A DNA stretch of 64,000 nt, taken from contig CAZOAG010000002.1 of assembly GCA_964577805.1 (NCBI GenBank), positions 7,139 through 71,138 of the forward strand. Reading direction: 5' to 3'. The DNA comes from an uncultured Opitutales bacterium (GTDB lineage Bacteria; Verrucomicrobiota; Verrucomicrobiia; Opitutales; JAIRKQ01). The notes under the pieces were generated by a model. That model was not told the DNA's origin. It did not search any database and saw nothing but the letters and a program-made list of their open reading frames with translations. Of the stretch, positions 41,257-51,264 are shown in pieces; the stretch's first letter is position 1, and each line of letters starts with the position of its first letter. The translations under genes were made by a program, and so were the position numbers.

Positions 41257-42084
41257 ATGTCGCAGAAAATGATAGAGCCTTTCCCGTGGGTCATGGGAAT
41301 TTTAAACATTACACCGGATTCTTTTTCTGATGGGATATCTGATGCTGATCGATGTCCAGAAGATGCCAAAAAAAAATGGTATCAACGGTTGAACAATATG
41401 ATAGCAGATGGTGCACATATCATAGATATTGGTGGGGAGTCTACGCGGCCATTAGCATGTCCGATCACGTGGCAGGAAGAATGGTCCCGTATACAAGAAT
41501 TTTGTTCATATGCTGTCAAACGTGATAATATACTAGTTTCCGTAGATACTTATCATGTTGAAACTGCAAAATTAGCAGTACAATGTGGTGTTGATATAAT
41601 CAATGATATTTCTGGTGTACAAAATTTCTGCAAAATGGCACAAACAATAATTGATACTGATGTGCGATTAGTTGTTACACATAACGTCCGTAGTGATCTA
41701 GAGTTTAGCAATGTTGATGACCCTATCAATGATATAATACGGGCATTTAATGATGTTTTATTACAAGCTGAGCAGATTGGGTTCAATTCATCACGAATAT
41801 TTTTCGACCCAGGGATAGGGTTTGGAAAGACAGTCGATCAAAATTGGAAAATTTTTAATGATTTACATCGATTGGTACAGAGTTTTGAACAACCGATAAT
41901 CTGTGCAGTCTCGAAAAAATCATTCTTAAAAAGTCGGTTGGACGATATTTCCCAGCAATCATTGACAGTAGCAACAGCGTTGTTGACCTACAGTGCTTTT
42001 CGACAGGGAGTACAGATTTTTCGTGTGCATGATGTTGTTGCAAATCGTACAGCACTAAGTATGGCAAAATGTATAGGAACATGA
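41257..42084 (+). CDS. folP: dihydropteroate synthase
   Basis: GILNITPDSFSDG, DIGGESTRP and FDPGIGFGK motifs. 275 aa. Confidence 0.9.
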   Translation: MSQKMIEPFPWVMGILNITPDSFSDGISDADRCPEDAKKKWYQRLNNMIADGAHIIDIGGESTRPLACPITWQEEWSRIQEFCSYAVKRDNILVSVDTYHVETAKLAVQCGVDIINDISGVQNFCKMAQTIIDTDVRLVVTHNVRSDLEFSNVDDPINDIIRAFNDVLLQAEQIGFNSSRIFFDPGIGFGKTVDQNWKIFNDLHRLVQSFEQPIICAVSKKSFLKSRLDDISQQSLTVATALLTYSAFRQGVQIFRVHDVVANRTALSMAKCIGT

Positions 42085-42449
42085 ATAGAATATTTTTTCA
42101 CGATGTTGAAGTGTTTGCACGGCATGGTGTAGATGATTTTGAAAAACAAAATGATCAAAGATTTTTGATATCAGTAATGGCTGATTACGATGCTTCCAAA
42201 GCGATGATTTCTGACAACATATCAGATGCTGTAAATTATGCCGCATTATTGAATATAGTAAAATCAACAGTGATGACGACATCATTTGATCTTCTTGAGC
42301 GGTTAGCGCGATATCTTGCAGATGTTATATTTCAAGAATTTGATAAGATTATGGCGTTGGAAATTATTATAAAAAAATTCCCTATAGCATTATCGGAAGA
42401 ATCATTTGTCGACATAGGGTTTTCTAGCAATTTTGTTCGTGATATATGA
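42081..42449 (+). CDS. folB: dihydroneopterin aldolase
   Basis: 122 aa from ATG 42081 (ATGA overlap with the folP stop). The HGVDDFEKQNDQRFLISV pattern is typical of FolB. Confidence 0.75.
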   Translation: MNRIFFHDVEVFARHGVDDFEKQNDQRFLISVMADYDASKAMISDNISDAVNYAALLNIVKSTVMTTSFDLLERLARYLADVIFQEFDKIMALEIIIKKFPIALSEESFVDIGFSSNFVRDI

Positions 42450-42940
42450 AACATCAATGTTATCTCGGGATAGGAAGCAATTTAGGCGACCGTATAGATA
42501 ATTTATGCAATGCTATAAAATTGTTACAAAATGACAGTATCGATATTATCAAGTGTTCTAATATTTATGAGACCGATCCGAGATATATCACAGAACAACC
42601 ATCATTTTTAAACATTGTATTGGATATTATTACAGAATATTCGCCATTGAAATTATTGAATCATGTGCAAAATATTGAGAATGCTATGTTACGTATCCGG
42701 CAGGTCAAATTTGGACCACGGAATATTGATATTGATATACTGACATACGATGATGTACATGTAAACTCTCTTGAATTGACAATACCACATCCATTAATGT
42801 TTGAAAGAAACTTTGTGCTTACGCCGTTATTGGATGTTCTATCATCTAAAACATTGTACGGGAAAAATATTTCGGAATGTCAAATGTCATGTTGTGATCA
42901 ACAAGTCCGACTATTTTCTTCACCAGAAATATTATTTTAA
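42446..42940 (+). CDS. folK: 2-amino-4-hydroxy-6-hydroxymethyldihydropteridine pyrophosphokinase
   Basis: YLGIGSNLGDR N-terminus, RFGPRNIDIDIL, and IPHPLMFERNFVL. ATGA overlap with the folB stop. Confidence 0.88.
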   Translation: MKHQCYLGIGSNLGDRIDNLCNAIKLLQNDSIDIIKCSNIYETDPRYITEQPSFLNIVLDIITEYSPLKLLNHVQNIENAMLRIRQVKFGPRNIDIDILTYDDVHVNSLELTIPHPLMFERNFVLTPLLDVLSSKTLYGKNISECQMSCCDQQVRLFSSPEILF

Positions 42941-43651
42941 TGGTTGTAAAATTGTGATATAAAAATCTTCGTTAGGCGGAATATTGATCTTTTGTGATGC
43001 TGTTATATCTGTTGTATAGATAATATCTTGGCAACCACGAATGATGACTAATGGGCATTGTTCATTCCCTTCCCCCATCGCATAACATGCCATAGTAGCT
43101 AGTGTATCAGCAATGTTGACATATGTAATTTGTAATGGCCTGCCGAAAATATCATTCTGACCAATACATTCTTTTATCGGTTGAAGCCCGAATGTTCCTT
43201 GTGCCACCCCGATAGTTCCCCGTCGAAATGGTGATATTGTGCTATCGACAGAGATCATTCCCAATGATGATATTTTGAACCGTTCACATAGAATATTATG
43301 AAGATATTGTAACAATGATACTACATCCTGTGGCCATAGAATATAATATCCATTACCATTGCTTTCATCGATGCCAGAATATGGGATTATTGTTCCATCT
43401 TTGACAGTAAGATGTGATTGTGTTATAAATTTATTGTCAGATTCTTGATCGATCAATGTTTGTCTATCAATCGTTCCAATATGAACACATCGTCCTTGTG
43501 CAATCGATAAACATTTTGTAGCGATACACAGGACATCCCCGTTGTTTAAATGAAGGCCCTGTGTGTCGAACAGTCGTAAAATATCATCCTTTGGCGGATA
43601 TAATTTACACGTCTTTATTGGGATGATATTAATCACGTCGATCTGCTGCAA
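42932..43651 (-). CDS. CofE-like (F420-0:gamma-glutamyl ligase family) protein, candidate non-canonical folylpolyglutamate synthase
   Basis: 239 aa. GIDESNGNGYY, DSTISPFRRGTIGVAQGTFGL, and NIADTLATMACYAMGEGNEQCPLVIIRG match the CofE-family pattern. It is convergent with folK. Confidence 0.65.
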   Translation of the reverse strand: MQQIDVINIIPIKTCKLYPPKDDILRLFDTQGLHLNNGDVLCIATKCLSIAQGRCVHIGTIDRQTLIDQESDNKFITQSHLTVKDGTIIPYSGIDESNGNGYYILWPQDVVSLLQYLHNILCERFKISSLGMISVDSTISPFRRGTIGVAQGTFGLQPIKECIGQNDIFGRPLQITYVNIADTLATMACYAMGEGNEQCPLVIIRGCQDIIYTTDITASQKINIPPNEDFYITILQPLK

Positions 43652-44270
43652 AATATTGTTTTAGTCCATCTTGTGATGGTATCATTGACTGGCTGCCTTG
43701 TGTCCAGTTCGCTGGACAGACCTCTCCATATTGTTCAAAGTGCTGTAGTGCATCGACCATACGTAATGTTTCATGAACACTACGACCGAGTGGCATATTA
43801 TTTATGACACAGTGCTGTATGATACCAGTTTTATCGATCAGGAATAATCCACGATATGCAACCCGTTCGCCGGATATTGAAAATGTACCATCAGGATTTT
43901 CGACATATTTACCGGCTAACACACAATAATCTTCTGATATTGTTTTATTGATATCTGATACTATGGGGAATGTTACACCAGCAATACCACCACGTTCACG
44001 TGGTGTTTCCAACCATGCTAAATGGGAATATTCCGAGTCTGTAGAACATCCGATCAATGCTACATTTCTTTTTTCGAACTCATTCAAATACGCTTGGAAT
44101 GATAAAATTTCCGTTGGGCAAACGAATGTAAAATCTTTCGGATAGAAAAATAGAACGACATATTGTTTGTCCCGAAATTGCGACAGTGAGAAGTTAGGGG
44201 TGATAGTATTCCCATTGATGACTGCTGTAGCTACGAAATCAGGTGCTTGAGTTCCAACTAAAGGTTCCAT
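43629..44270 (-). CDS. ahpC: typical 2-Cys peroxiredoxin (AhpC/Prx1 type)
   Basis: [14 protein letters not shown] (peroxidatic Cys) and GEVCPANW (resolving Cys). 213 aa. Confidence 0.9.
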   Translation of the reverse strand: MEPLVGTQAPDFVATAVINGNTITPNFSLSQFRDKQYVVLFFYPKDFTFVCPTEILSFQAYLNEFEKRNVALIGCSTDSEYSHLAWLETPRERGGIAGVTFPIVSDINKTISEDYCVLAGKYVENPDGTFSISGERVAYRGLFLIDKTGIIQHCVINNMPLGRSVHETLRMVDALQHFEQYGEVCPANWTQGSQSMIPSQDGLKQYFAADRRD

Positions 44271-44385
44271 GGTGGTGATCTATATATCATGTAAATTTAT
44301 TGCAGTAAAGCGGATTTTTAAAAAAAATGCTTTACTCTCTATATTTATTTTTAAAGTGGACGTTGTTTACACGAATATTGTTGAT

Positions 44386-44487
44386 ATGGGAAATTTAAAG
44401 AAAAAGCGTCGTTTGAAAATGAATAAACATAAACGTAGCAAGCGTTCGAAGTCGAACCGCCATAAGAAACGTTTATGGGGAAATTAA
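44386..44487 (+). CDS. bS22-like small basic ribosomal protein (33 aa)
   Basis: [33 protein letters not shown] resembles the bS22 family (MGS.IKKRRKRM.KKKHRK...). Start is the internal ATG of the 44269 ORF. Confidence 0.55.
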   Translation: MGNLKKKRRLKMNKHKRSKRSKSNRHKKRLWGN

Positions 44488-44597
44488 ACAACGAGATAAG
44501 TTGTCGGATTTTTGCAACAGTAGGTATGCTGTTGCATTTTTTGTTTGTATGGGAAAATTGATGTTTTCTAGCAGGAAAAAATATTACTATTGTCAAT

Positions 44598-45395
44598 ATG
44601 CGAAATTATTTGGACTTGTTGCAGCATGTTTTAACACATGGTGAAATGCGAGATGATCGTACTGGTGTTGGGACGGTTGGGTTATTTGGTGCTCAATTAC
44701 GATTTGAATTAAAAGAACATTTTCCGATAATTACTACTAAGCTAGTTAATATGAAGGCAGTAATTTATGAACTGTTATGGTTCATAAGTGGTAATACTAA
44801 TGTAAAATTTTTGCAAGATCATGATGTCAAGATTTGGAATGAATGGGCAGATGAGAATGGTGATTTAGGCCGTGTTTATGGTGCTCAATGGAGGACATGG
44901 CAGTCACCAGATGGCAGAGTTATTGATCAATTGGCTAATGTCATTGATCAAATAAAAAATGATCCGTATGGCAGACGACATATTGTATGTACATGGAATC
45001 CAGGAGAATTGGACAAAATGGCATTACCTCCTTGTCACGCATTTTTTCAATTTCATGTATCGTCTGATGGTGGATTAAGTTGTCAATTATATCAACGTAG
45101 TGCTGATTTATTTTTAGGGGTACCATTTAATATTTCATCATATTCTTTATTGACCATGATGGTTGCTCATATTTGTGGATTATATCCTAAAGAGTTTGTT
45201 CATACATTTGGAGATCTTCATATTTATAAAAATCATATTGAACAGGTACGTGAGCAATTATCTCGTCCGACATTGCCATTGCCAACGATGCATATTCGAC
45301 GAAATGTTACCTCTATTGATGATTTTCAATATGAAGATTTTGAACTAGTAGGATATCAACATGGTTCAGCAATTCGAGCACCTATAGCAGTATGA
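44598..45395 (+). CDS. thyA: thymidylate synthase (ThyA type)
   Basis: [26 protein letters not shown], and the PPCHAFFQF catalytic Cys motif. 265 aa. Confidence 0.95.
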   Translation: MRNYLDLLQHVLTHGEMRDDRTGVGTVGLFGAQLRFELKEHFPIITTKLVNMKAVIYELLWFISGNTNVKFLQDHDVKIWNEWADENGDLGRVYGAQWRTWQSPDGRVIDQLANVIDQIKNDPYGRRHIVCTWNPGELDKMALPPCHAFFQFHVSSDGGLSCQLYQRSADLFLGVPFNISSYSLLTMMVAHICGLYPKEFVHTFGDLHIYKNHIEQVREQLSRPTLPLPTMHIRRNVTSIDDFQYEDFELVGYQHGSAIRAPIAV

Positions 45396-45904
45396 ATATG
45401 TTATCATCACAATTGATAAGTAATTTATTGCGCAGTATAGATTTACGTGCTATTGCTGCAATGACACAAGACCATGTCATTGGAAACAATGGTAAGATTC
45501 CATGGGCGGTACCAGAAGAGCTGTCATATTTTCGAAAAATGACGGATGGTGCAACAGTTATTGTAGGACGGAAAACCTTTGAATCAATCGGCCATCCGTT
45601 AATAAACCGGAGGAATATTGTTGTTACACAATCTCATGATTTTAATGTTCCTGACATTGAAATAATTCACGATATTAAAAAATTATTACAGATGAATATC
45701 ATCGGTCCTGCTTGGGTATGTGGAGGTGCACAAATATATAAGTTATTATTACCAGCATGTCGGGAATTATATATAAGTACAGTATATGGAGATTATTCTG
45801 GTGATACATTTTTTCCACAATTTGATGACCTATTTTGTGAAGAATCGATAGTTCATAAGACCGATCGATTTATCGCTAAAAAATACCGTAATACATCATA
45901 TTGA
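45392..45904 (+). CDS. folA: dihydrofolate reductase
   Basis: IGNNGKIPW and [12 protein letters not shown] motifs. ATGA overlap with the thyA stop. Confidence 0.88.
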   Translation: MNMLSSQLISNLLRSIDLRAIAAMTQDHVIGNNGKIPWAVPEELSYFRKMTDGATVIVGRKTFESIGHPLINRRNIVVTQSHDFNVPDIEIIHDIKKLLQMNIIGPAWVCGGAQIYKLLLPACRELYISTVYGDYSGDTFFPQFDDLFCEESIVHKTDRFIAKKYRNTSY

Positions 45905-45917
45905 TAATGGTTAATAT

Positions 45918-47120
45918 ATGAGAACAATTCGCAAAATACGGTATTTTTATAAAAAATTTATACGTAAATTGCGCAAGGCAATGGAAAATGCTGAAAACTT
46001 CATTGCTGATGTTTTATATGACAGAAAAGATAGTACTGGTGTAAGAATAGCAGCAGGAATATTACTACCATTATCATATATATTTTCTATCATTGTTCGC
46101 TGTCGACAATACTTATATAAAAAAAATATCTTTCAATCAGCATCTGTCGGATGTCCTGTGATTGTTGTAGGGAATCTTACATTAGGTGGTACTGGAAAAA
46201 CACCAGTTGTTGAAAAATTAGCGCGTACGTTGCGAGAAAATGGACGACAAGTGGCGATTTTGAGCCGTGGGTATAAGAGCAAACGTGAGGCTCGCTGGAA
46301 AGTATTGTGGAGATGGTTGACACATAAAAGTGAACCTCCGCCACGTGTTGTCAGTAATGGAAAATCATTATTATTAGGGTCAGAACGCGCAGGAGATGAA
46401 CCATTCATGTTGGCGTCGAATTTGCCCAATGTCGTTGTTATTGTTGATAAGGACCGCGTAAAAGCAGGACATTACGCTGTCAAGCGGTTCAATGCTGATG
46501 TATTAATTTTAGATGATGGTTATCAATATTTGCCGATGCGTGGATATATGAATTTATTATTGATTGATAGTACAAATCCATTTGGGAATGGACATTTGAT
46601 TCCACGTGGAATTTTGAGAGAATCTATCAAAAATATACAGCGTGCATCGTATATTTTATTGACGAAAGCAGGAAATAGTAATGTTGATGATATTATACAA
46701 ACGATCCATCGATATCATCCATCAGTAAAAATTATTCAATGTTCGCATTTACCACGAAATTTGACACAATTGGACAGGAAGGATGTTCGCCCTATTACAT
46801 TTTTGAATGGCAAGAAAATTATGGCATTTAGTGGTATTGCATCTCCTGAAAGTTTTGAAAAGTTTTTATACGACAACCAGGCAGACATTGTATATACAAA
46901 ACGGTTTGTTGATCATCATCGGTTTTCACGTGATGAATTGAATAAAATTTTTGATGTAGCTAGAACAAAGGGTGCTGAAATTGTCGTGACTACGGAAAAG
47001 GATGCTGTAAGAATCCCGAATGATTTTGTTCCACCTATCCCTGCATTTTTTCTCAAGATAGAGATAGAAATAGTATCTGGAGAAGATTTTTTTGATGAAA
47101 TAATTTCCAAATTTGAATAA
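45918..47120 (+). CDS. lpxK: tetraacyldisaccharide 4'-kinase
   Basis: [14 protein letters not shown]-loop, ILSRGYK, and ILDDGYQ. An alternative start at ATG 45981 is possible. Confidence 0.85.
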   Translation: MRTIRKIRYFYKKFIRKLRKAMENAENFIADVLYDRKDSTGVRIAAGILLPLSYIFSIIVRCRQYLYKKNIFQSASVGCPVIVVGNLTLGGTGKTPVVEKLARTLRENGRQVAILSRGYKSKREARWKVLWRWLTHKSEPPPRVVSNGKSLLLGSERAGDEPFMLASNLPNVVVIVDKDRVKAGHYAVKRFNADVLILDDGYQYLPMRGYMNLLLIDSTNPFGNGHLIPRGILRESIKNIQRASYILLTKAGNSNVDDIIQTIHRYHPSVKIIQCSHLPRNLTQLDRKDVRPITFLNGKKIMAFSGIASPESFEKFLYDNQADIVYTKRFVDHHRFSRDELNKIFDVARTKGAEIVVTTEKDAVRIPNDFVPPIPAFFLKIEIEIVSGEDFFDEIISKFE

Positions 47121-47211
47121 TCATTGTAATAGACATTTTGAAACTAAATAAATGGCGTAGATAATTTGTAATCCACAATATATTCATGCTTGTGTTTCGA
47201 TTACAGTAACA

Positions 47212-47742
47212 ATGAATATTTTAAAATTTAATCATAGAAATGAATTGCGTCAATGGCTGATCTCCAATTGTTGTACAGCAAAAGAAGGTTGGATTATTTG
47301 CTGCAGACGAAACAATGTTCCTCATGGTGCGTTATCATATTTGGATGTGGTCGAGGAAGCTCTTTGTTTTGGATGGATTGATTCGACGATAAAAACAGTC
47401 AATGGTCTGAATTTACAACGAATATCTCCACGTCGAAAAAACAGTCATTGGACGGAACTTAATAAAGAAAGATGTAGGCGATTAGAGCGTTTAGGGTTAA
47501 TGACGGATTGTGGACGGTCAGTTTTACCAGATATGGATGTATCAAATTTTAAGATCTTGGATGAAATTATTGCAGCATTGAAAAACGATAGTACTGTTTG
47601 GGAGAATTATAAAAACTTTCATCAATTGTATCGCAGGGTCAGGATAGATACTATTCAAATTAAACGCAATACAAGTCTGTTTGAGAAGAGGTTGCATAAA
47701 TTTATAGAAAAAACGCGTAAGAATATGATGTATGGTGAGTGA
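47212..47742 (+). CDS. YdeI/OmpD-associated family-like protein
   Basis: 176 aa. The pattern ...EALCFGWIDS...R...WT..N is reminiscent of the YdeI family. Weak call from motif memory only. Confidence 0.4.
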   Translation: MNILKFNHRNELRQWLISNCCTAKEGWIICCRRNNVPHGALSYLDVVEEALCFGWIDSTIKTVNGLNLQRISPRRKNSHWTELNKERCRRLERLGLMTDCGRSVLPDMDVSNFKILDEIIAALKNDSTVWENYKNFHQLYRRVRIDTIQIKRNTSLFEKRLHKFIEKTRKNMMYGE

Positions 47743-47921
47743 AATGATGGCGGGCTATTGATATAAATTTCTAATAAGAAATATTCTCTAAAAGAGTCAT
47801 TTGGCGTTGGTCTAGTTTACTATGATTATGTCGATAGTGTAAGTGTTAAGTTGACCAGGAAATGCAGGTTTTCCAGATTTTATCAGTAAAGCTTTTTAAT
47901 GCCTTTTTCAAAAAATATGAA

Positions 47922-48917
47922 TTAATTTTTTTTAAGTATTAGATTTTTGTAAGCGCTATTTTTTTGCGAGGGATCGAGTATTTGCTTTTGCAATGCTTTA
48001 TCGACAAATAGATGATTGAATGTTGCTGTTCGTTCGTATTGATGATGTTCTGGCTTATAATATACCTCTAATTGCTGATGAACAATACATCGTACAGCAT
48101 TTGCTACCATAATATTGTTTGCCCCGAGATCAATCAACCGTGGTATTGCACCATTAATATCATTAGCATGTAATGTTGCAAAAACCGCATGTCCTGTTAT
48201 TGCCGCTCTGATAGCTAATTGTGCAGTCTCAGAATCCCGAATTTCGCCGATAAAAATAACATCAGGGTCATGCCTTAAAAATGCCCGTATGGCACTAGCA
48301 AATGAAAACCCAATATCATGTCGAATTTGACATTGTGTTATTCCATCAATATGTTGTTCTACTGGATCTTCGCATGTCAAAATTTTAATATCATCAGTAT
48401 TAATAGCTCGTAAAACGCTGTACATTGTTGTTGATTTACCACATCCCGTCGGCCCGACAAAAAGTACTAACCCACTATCATTTATGAAGGTTGTCAGAAA
48501 TGTTTGCAATGATGGGGCCTTTGCCAGGATGCTCGATAATTCAAACCGATCACATGCATTATTCAATACTCGTAATACAATGCTTTCACCAAACTGTGTG
48601 GGTAGACATGATATTCTAAAATCAATGATATTATTATCGATTGTGTATGGTATGCTGCCATCTTGTGGCATTCTAGATTCTGATATATTCAGTCCGGCCA
48701 TCATTTTTAATCGAGAAATGACAGGTTCTGCGATATCAATGTTGTTGTCAGGAAATGCGACTAATGATCCATTAATACGATATCGTATAGAAAATTTATC
48801 ATCATATCGTTCGAAATGAATATCAGATGCACGTTTATGAACAGCAATCATCAAAATATTATCGATATAATCTGCAATGGGAGAATTTTGTGAAAAAATT
48901 ATATTATTTCGTACCAT
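47922..48917 (-). CDS. GspE/PilB-family secretion ATPase, short form (no N1 domain, no tetracysteine motif)
   Basis: ASDIHFE, RMPQDGS, Walker A GPTGCGKSTT, Walker B-like VIFIGEIRD, and the His box ATLHAND. 331 aa. It overlaps the psd stop by 14 nt. Confidence 0.8.
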   Translation of the reverse strand: MVRNNIIFSQNSPIADYIDNILMIAVHKRASDIHFERYDDKFSIRYRINGSLVAFPDNNIDIAEPVISRLKMMAGLNISESRMPQDGSIPYTIDNNIIDFRISCLPTQFGESIVLRVLNNACDRFELSSILAKAPSLQTFLTTFINDSGLVLFVGPTGCGKSTTMYSVLRAINTDDIKILTCEDPVEQHIDGITQCQIRHDIGFSFASAIRAFLRHDPDVIFIGEIRDSETAQLAIRAAITGHAVFATLHANDINGAIPRLIDLGANNIMVANAVRCIVHQQLEVYYKPEHHQYERTATFNHLFVDKALQKQILDPSQKNSAYKNLILKKN

Positions 48918-49809
48918 TATTTATTGTAGCGATTTCATCACCCATTAAGACATATGTTTCCAGACCACGGGATGTATTCATCAATAAATCTTCTGAAAAT
49001 GAGATCTTGTCGGGTTCAAAAAATGTTATTATAGTGGACCCACCAAATTGGAAATATCCCTTCTCTTCACCTTTTAATACCTGTTTGTCTGGCGTAAATG
49101 TCTGACAAATTGTACCACATCCTATTGCCCCAATTTCTACCATTAAAATATCACCACAATGCTCGGTGTGTACGATTGTTGACATCCGTTTGTTTTGTAA
49201 AAATGTTGATAGGCTACCAGCTAATGCAAGAGGGTGTACAGATAAATAATTTCCATTTATAAGAAATGTCTTTTCAGGAATCCCTGCGAATGGGAAATGG
49301 AACCGATGATAATCTGTCAGGCATAACCTGGAGATCAACACACTTCCTTCATGAAACTTTTTAGCAGTCGACCGATCCAATATTAAATCATCTGCTGATA
49401 ATTGTTCTCCTTTAATAAAAAATGTTGATAGATTATTGCTGTTAGAAAATGCCAGATGTCGACCATCACATGGAGAACTAATACTATTACTTCGTGGTGA
49501 TATTGGTCGTGCAGATGGTTTTAATTTCCGTGCAAAGAATTCATTGAATGATAAAAATTCATCTGGTCGTTTTTCGAAAGAATCACTTTTTATTCCATAT
49601 TTATTTATAAATGGTAAGATTTTTTTTCTACTGTTGGGACGCGAGGCGAACCATCCACAAATGATGGAAAAGAACTTCCGTTTTAACATCAATGAAACAG
49701 ATAATTGACCGATGGTAGTTTGATATGCTAATTTGATCCATTTTTCGCCACATACTTGCTCAGTTTCTATTGAGCGGGAATAGCGGTTAAAAAATACAGT
49801 CTGCTTCAT
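48904..49809 (-). CDS. psd: phosphatidylserine decarboxylase proenzyme
   Basis: Self-cleavage motif YFQFGGSTII (G-S-T). Start taken at ATG 49809 (MKQTVFFNRY...), 301 aa. Confidence 0.85.
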   Translation of the reverse strand: MKQTVFFNRYSRSIETEQVCGEKWIKLAYQTTIGQLSVSLMLKRKFFSIICGWFASRPNSRKKILPFINKYGIKSDSFEKRPDEFLSFNEFFARKLKPSARPISPRSNSISSPCDGRHLAFSNSNNLSTFFIKGEQLSADDLILDRSTAKKFHEGSVLISRLCLTDYHRFHFPFAGIPEKTFLINGNYLSVHPLALAGSLSTFLQNKRMSTIVHTEHCGDILMVEIGAIGCGTICQTFTPDKQVLKGEEKGYFQFGGSTIITFFEPDKISFSEDLLMNTSRGLETYVLMGDEIATINNGTK

Positions 49810-49913
49810 CTGGCAACGACAGTAAATCATGCTACCAGAAAAGCAATGCGAAAAATAGCAACCATTTTTATAAAAAATTATAAGATGGTATAACAACTTA
49901 TTAACGTGTTATA

Positions 49914-51239
49914 CTAGGATTCGTCCTTCAATATTTCGATGACATGATGTCGTAATGCGATAATAGCGATCAAATTAGCTATAAGTAATCCGTTAATTAT
50001 TATATCCGCTAATGTCCATGGCAATGTTCCATGCATGTATCCACCGACAGGAATAGCTGCAATAACAACAAATTTAAAATATTTTACCCAATGAGATTTT
50101 TTCGCAAAGAAAAATGCATGTTCTGCAAACCATGCCCATGCTAAAATTGTAGTTAGTGCGAATGTATATATTATTATTTGAATAAAAATTCCAGCATGAT
50201 GAGTATGAAATGCTATATTGAATGTTTGAATGCATATTGCACTGCTATTGAGCGACATGTCTGGGCATGCACAGATTATTAATAATCCTGTTATTGCGCA
50301 TAATCCAGCGACAAAAATTGGTGCGACAATAGCAATAATTCCTTGTTGTTTAGCATGTAATGAAGGATTATTTTCTATTGTATCAACATTAGCATGTGCG
50401 ATGCCAGCAAGCCCTAATCCTATATCTGTAGCGAATAATCCACGAGAGACACCACATCGCAAGGCATGAAAAAATAATATTCCACTACTACCACCAATTA
50501 CTGAGCGCCATCCTATTGCTCCTTCCACGATCTCTCGTAATGCCGGCAAACACCGTTCGTGCAAATTGATAATCCCTACCATACATATTGCTATATATAT
50601 TATTCCGACGAGAGGGACTATACACGACATGAAGCTAGCAAATCGTCGTAATCCACCAAATAAAATAAATGCAACTGGGATTATAAGCGAACAAATGGCT
50701 ATAGGAGTATTATGTGCATTTTGTTGAAATGTTGTAACGAATGCATTAACCTGTACTAAATTTCCTACTGTCAATGCTGCTCCAATTAATAATACAGAGT
50801 AAATTGTTGCCAATTTTGTTGAATTTAATCCACGTGCGATATAGAACATGGGACCACCGATTGATCGGCCGTTTGGTTGATGTTCAGCGAATAATACACC
50901 GAGAGAAGAACAACATAATTTTATTACACTGCACAATAGTGCGACGACAACCATCCACAGAATAGCCCCTGGCCCGCCAGTAGTAATCGCCAAAGCTGTA
51001 CCAGCAATAGTGCCAGTTCCTAAATTTCCACCAATGATCGCTGCAACAGCGGCGAAACTATTGATCTTTTTTTCAGCATGTTGTGGCCGTAACATCAATC
51101 GGACACCGTCAATGAAATGACGGAATTGTGGCCATTTCATTTTTATAGACAGGAAAACTGATGTCGACAATAGTAATGGAATAACGACGACTAAAACAAA
51201 ATATTCCAATGCATCTAACTGTTCGAAAGCAACCTCCAA
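49914..51239 (-). CDS. sodium:alanine (amino acid) symporter family protein (AGCS)
   Basis: 441-aa polytopic membrane protein. N-terminal pattern ...FRHFIDGVRLM...SFAAVAAIIGGNLGTGTIAGTALAITTGGPGAILWM is typical of AGCS. Confidence 0.75.
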   Translation of the reverse strand: MEVAFEQLDALEYFVLVVVIPLLLSTSVFLSIKMKWPQFRHFIDGVRLMLRPQHAEKKINSFAAVAAIIGGNLGTGTIAGTALAITTGGPGAILWMVVVALLCSVIKLCCSSLGVLFAEHQPNGRSIGGPMFYIARGLNSTKLATIYSVLLIGAALTVGNLVQVNAFVTTFQQNAHNTPIAICSLIIPVAFILFGGLRRFASFMSCIVPLVGIIYIAICMVGIINLHERCLPALREIVEGAIGWRSVIGGSSGILFFHALRCGVSRGLFATDIGLGLAGIAHANVDTIENNPSLHAKQQGIIAIVAPIFVAGLCAITGLLIICACPDMSLNSSAICIQTFNIAFHTHHAGIFIQIIIYTFALTTILAWAWFAEHAFFFAKKSHWVKYFKFVVIAAIPVGGYMHGTLPWTLADIIINGLLIANLIAIIALRHHVIEILKDES

Positions 51240-51264
51240 GCGTTTATATTAAAAATCGCACATA

